Source of the DNA: an uncultured Cytophagales bacterium
Lineage (GTDB): Bacteria; Bacteroidota; Bacteroidia; Cytophagales; Bernardetiaceae
Reading direction: 5' to 3'
DNA: 64,000 nucleotides
Assembly: GCA_963761725.1 (NCBI GenBank)
Contig: CAVXHP010000006.1
Location: 509,534-573,533, forward strand
Numbering within the stretch: the first letter of the stretch is position 1; each line of letters opens with the position of its first letter. This document shows positions 61,175 to 64,000 of the stretch, one piece after another. Below the pieces are notes generated by a model, which was given only the letters and a program-made list of their open reading frames with translations, was not told the DNA's origin and ran no database searches. Both the position numbers and the translations under genes were made by a program.

Positions 61175-62956
61175 ATGCTAGATTATAAAATTTCATACAC
61201 AGAAGCACATCATCATTTCATAGACCTTGAACTTACCATAAATCACGTTGATGATATTATGGAAAAAGAACTTTCTCTTCAACTTCCTTCGTGGCGACCT
61301 GGTCGTTATACACTTCAAAATTTCGCCAAAAATATAGCCAAATTCAATGTTTTTGATGAAAATGGCAAACCTCTAAAATTCTCAAAATCGTCAAAAGATA
61401 ATTGGAAGGTAAAAACAAATGGAGCAAAAACAGTAAAAGTTCATTATACTTATTATGCCAACCAAATGGATGCAGGTGGTTGTTATGTGGACGAAAAACA
61501 GGTTTATCTTAATTTTATTTGTTGCTGCTTGGAAGTCAAAAACCGTCCAGATTCTATGTACAGAGTTGAAGTTGAAATGCCTTCTATGTACAAAATTGCG
61601 TGTGCTTTAGAACAGAAAGTTGAAAAGACACAAGACAAAGACAAGCATTTTTTGATAGCTGACAACTTTTTTCATTTGGTAGATTCTCCTTTGATTGCTT
61701 CTGATACCTTAAAACATAAAAGTTATAAGGTTGATAATTCAGACGCAAATTTTCATATTTGGATTCAAGGAGATTGGAATATTGATTTTGATAAAGCAGC
61801 CGAAGAATTTCAGAAATTTACAAAAGACCAGATTGCACTTTTTAAAGATTTTCCTAGTACGGATTATCATTTTATGTTCCAGATTTTGCCGTATGCAAAA
61901 TATCACGGTGTAGAACATTGTCATTCTACTGTTATTACTTTGGGAGCAGATTACGATATGGACGGAATAGCTCGTTATAATGACTTTTTGGGAATTAGTT
62001 CGCACGAGCTTTTTCATTTTTGGAATATTATGCGTATTCGTCCGAAAGAACTTATGCCGTATGATTTATCAAAGGAAACGTATTTCAAGACAGGTTTTGT
62101 AGCCGAAGGATTGACTACTTATTATGGCGATTATATTTTGTGTAGAAGTGGCGTTTGGTCGCAAGAATATTATATCAAAGATTTTGAAAATCTATTAAAA
62201 AGACATTTTCATAACAATGGAAGACTTAATCTTTCTGTTGCTGATTCGTCTTATGATTTATGGCTTGATGGTTATGAATTAGGCATTCCGAACCGAAAAT
62301 CTTCGATTTATGTGGAAGGTGCAATGGCTGCTTTTATTTTGGATATGAAAATCAGAAAGTCTAGCAAGAATGAGAAATCATTGGATAATGTAATGGTCAA
62401 AATGTGGGAAGATTTTGGTAAAGTAGGAATTGGATATTCTTTAGAAGATTATCATAATGTTGTAGATTCTGTTGCAGGAGAACATATCAAAGATTATTTT
62501 GAAAAATGTATTTATTCGCCAAATGCCTTAGATAAATACTTGAAAGAAGCCTTTGATTATATCGGAATTGAAAAAGAATTTATCCATAACGAAAACGAAA
62601 TTGAGCGAAGATTAGGCTTAAAAACAGTCTTTCAAACCAATGGAGTGAACAATGGATATTTTGTAGTCGGTTATTCTCCAACTAGCGAAGTAGCAAAATA
62701 TATGACTGTAAATGATGAAATTGTAGCGATTGATTCCTATAAATTAGATGCAATTAATCCACATACAATTTTGCAAAAAGCCGTAAAAGAAGGAAAAAAA
62801 GAAATTGAAATTTCGTTTTTTAGAGATAATCAGCTTCATACCATCACTACAAAATACGATGAAAATCAATATCCAAATATTAAATTGACTGTGAAGAAAG
62901 ATGCAAGTGAAGAGCAAAAAGAGAATTTGAGAAAATGGCTTGCTCCTTTGGTTTAG
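61175..62956 (+). CDS. M61-family (glycyl aminopeptidase-like) zinc metallopeptidase with a C-terminal PDZ-like region
   Basis: HExxH appears as SSHELFHFWNIMRIRP, plus the downstream E. The likely start is MLDYKISY at 61175. The ORF-track start at 60983 overlaps the convergent GT9 gene and is probably an artefact. Confidence 0.7.
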   Translation: MLDYKISYTEAHHHFIDLELTINHVDDIMEKELSLQLPSWRPGRYTLQNFAKNIAKFNVFDENGKPLKFSKSSKDNWKVKTNGAKTVKVHYTYYANQMDAGGCYVDEKQVYLNFICCCLEVKNRPDSMYRVEVEMPSMYKIACALEQKVEKTQDKDKHFLIADNFFHLVDSPLIASDTLKHKSYKVDNSDANFHIWIQGDWNIDFDKAAEEFQKFTKDQIALFKDFPSTDYHFMFQILPYAKYHGVEHCHSTVITLGADYDMDGIARYNDFLGISSHELFHFWNIMRIRPKELMPYDLSKETYFKTGFVAEGLTTYYGDYILCRSGVWSQEYYIKDFENLLKRHFHNNGRLNLSVADSSYDLWLDGYELGIPNRKSSIYVEGAMAAFILDMKIRKSSKNEKSLDNVMVKMWEDFGKVGIGYSLEDYHNVVDSVAGEHIKDYFEKCIYSPNALDKYLKEAFDYIGIEKEFIHNENEIERRLGLKTVFQTNGVNNGYFVVGYSPTSEVAKYMTVNDEIVAIDSYKLDAINPHTILQKAVKEGKKEIEISFFRDNQLHTITTKYDENQYPNIKLTVKKDASEEQKENLRKWLAPLV

Positions 62957-62959
62957 TAC

Positions 62960-62994
62960 AAAACCCTAAGGGTATTCAGCGACCCTTAGGGTTT
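62960..62994. repeat. CCCTAAGGG-type palindromic hairpin after the M61 peptidase gene stop
   Basis: AAAACCCTAAGGG-tattcagcga-CCCTTAGGGTTT. Confidence 0.75.
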
Positions 62995-63330
62995 AATTTT
63001 CGCAAAATTTAATAAATATGAAAAATAATAAAAGAGTAGGTTCAATAGTATTCCTGATTGGAATTTTTATTCTCTTCAGAAAAGAAAGATATTTTTGTGG
63101 TTTTGGAGGGTGTTTTGATAATTCTTTCGAAATACTTTTTTGTAGTCTGATAGTTATGTTAATTGGTCTATTTTGCATTCGCATCAAAAAATTAAACGAT
63201 TTGAAAAAATAATTTACTTCTTTGATGTAATTATTTTTTTTGTAATTTAAGGCTTTCAATGTAATACAAAATACTATTTTAGGAAAAGACAAGCCATTTT
63301 CCTTATAATTTTAACCAAACCTATATCATA

Positions 63331-64000
63331 ATGGAAGGAAATTTATTCAGCACTGTTTTTTTGCCTATTGCCTTGATTATTATTATGCTTGGTATGGGAC
63401 TTACTCTCAAAATAGAGGATTTTACTCGTGTGTTTTCCTATCCAAAAGCCGTAGTTATTGGTCTACTCAATCAGTTGGTATTACTTCCATTGGTGGGTTT
63501 TGGCATTGTTTGGTTATTTCCACTTAGTCCTGAATACGCTGTGGGAATTATGTTGATTGCACTTTGCCCAGGAGGAGCTACCTCTAATTTGATTAGTCAT
63601 TTGGCAAAGGCTGATTTGGCTCTTTCTGTTACGCTGACGGCTGTTAGTAGTGTAATTACTGTTCTGACTATTCCTATTTTATTGAGTTTTTCGATAGAAT
63701 ATTTTATGGGAGAAACCACAACAATCGTTATTCCTTTTTTATCTACTATCCTAAAAGTGATGATAGTTACTGTTATTCCGATTGGTGCTGGAATGCTCAT
63801 AAATGCTAAGTTTCCAAATTTTGCAGGTAAGGTAATTGGTGCTGTCAATAAAATTTCTGTTGTATTTTTTGTGTTGGTTTTAGTGGTGACAGTTTATCAA
63901 AATAGTGAAAATATTGTCAGTTCTATAGCATCACTTGGATTGCCTTTACTTTTATTAAATGCTAGTATGATACTTATTGGATTTTTTGTAGCTAGATTAT
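63331..64000 (+). CDS. Bile acid:sodium symporter (BASS/SBF) family transporter; 3' end beyond the window
   Basis: MEGNLFSTVFLPIALIIIMLGMGLTLKIEDF...LIALCPGGATSNLISHLAKADLALSVTLTAVSS shows the BASS family motifs. The frame is open to the window end. Confidence 0.65.
   Translation, partial: MEGNLFSTVFLPIALIIIMLGMGLTLKIEDFTRVFSYPKAVVIGLLNQLVLLPLVGFGIVWLFPLSPEYAVGIMLIALCPGGATSNLISHLAKADLALSVTLTAVSSVITVLTIPILLSFSIEYFMGETTTIVIPFLSTILKVMIVTVIPIGAGMLINAKFPNFAGKVIGAVNKISVVFFVLVLVVTVYQNSENIVSSIASLGLPLLLLNASMILIGFFVARL

Noticed and set aside
62993-63292. Overlapping small ORFs on both strands (99 aa minus, 64 aa plus)
   Set aside because: They are mutually exclusive and carry no motifs. The 64-aa plus-strand ORF is hydrophobic and could be a small membrane protein, but the evidence is insufficient.
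1-64000. tRNA/rRNA genes
   Set aside because: No GC-rich cloverleaf-like segments (for example GGTTCGAATCC T-loops) were seen in any ORF-free interval. None is called.

Overview
This window reads as a low-GC Bacteroidota chromosome segment; that is an inference from type IX secretion (T9SS) C-terminal sorting domains, a sigma-54-linked kdp locus and codon usage. It carries five main blocks. (1) A complete Bacteroidetes-style kdp potassium-uptake locus: a sigma-54-dependent response regulator, an unannotated kdpF, kdpABC, a porin, and a split KdpD made of a sensor-domain protein plus a separate histidine kinase. (2) An accessory stretch (14.8-24.4 kb) with a fused PD-(D/E)xK-nuclease/N6-N4 DNA methyltransferase gene, a frameshifted quinone oxidoreductase and a heavily frameshifted T9SS subtilase. 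(3) A truncated S10-spc ribosomal protein cluster (rplP through secY, then map and prmC). It has unusually long AT-rich spacers between genes and an IS3-like transposase remnant where rpsC and the upstream genes should be. (4) rpoC standing alone without rpoB and carrying two 1-bp frameshifts. (5) A mixed region with two PIN-toxin TA modules, a ComEA-like protein, a 1308-aa sensor/PP2C phosphatase, hutU (frameshifted), yceI, a GT9 heptosyltransferase and an M61 peptidase. Several families of short palindromic or direct intergenic repeats recur throughout. Single-base indels break conserved genes at ten sites: rpoC twice, hutU once, the quinone oxidoreductase once, the subtilase five times and the kdpF frame once. 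Because essential rpoC is among them, sequence error is the most economical explanation and should be checked before calling pseudogenes.
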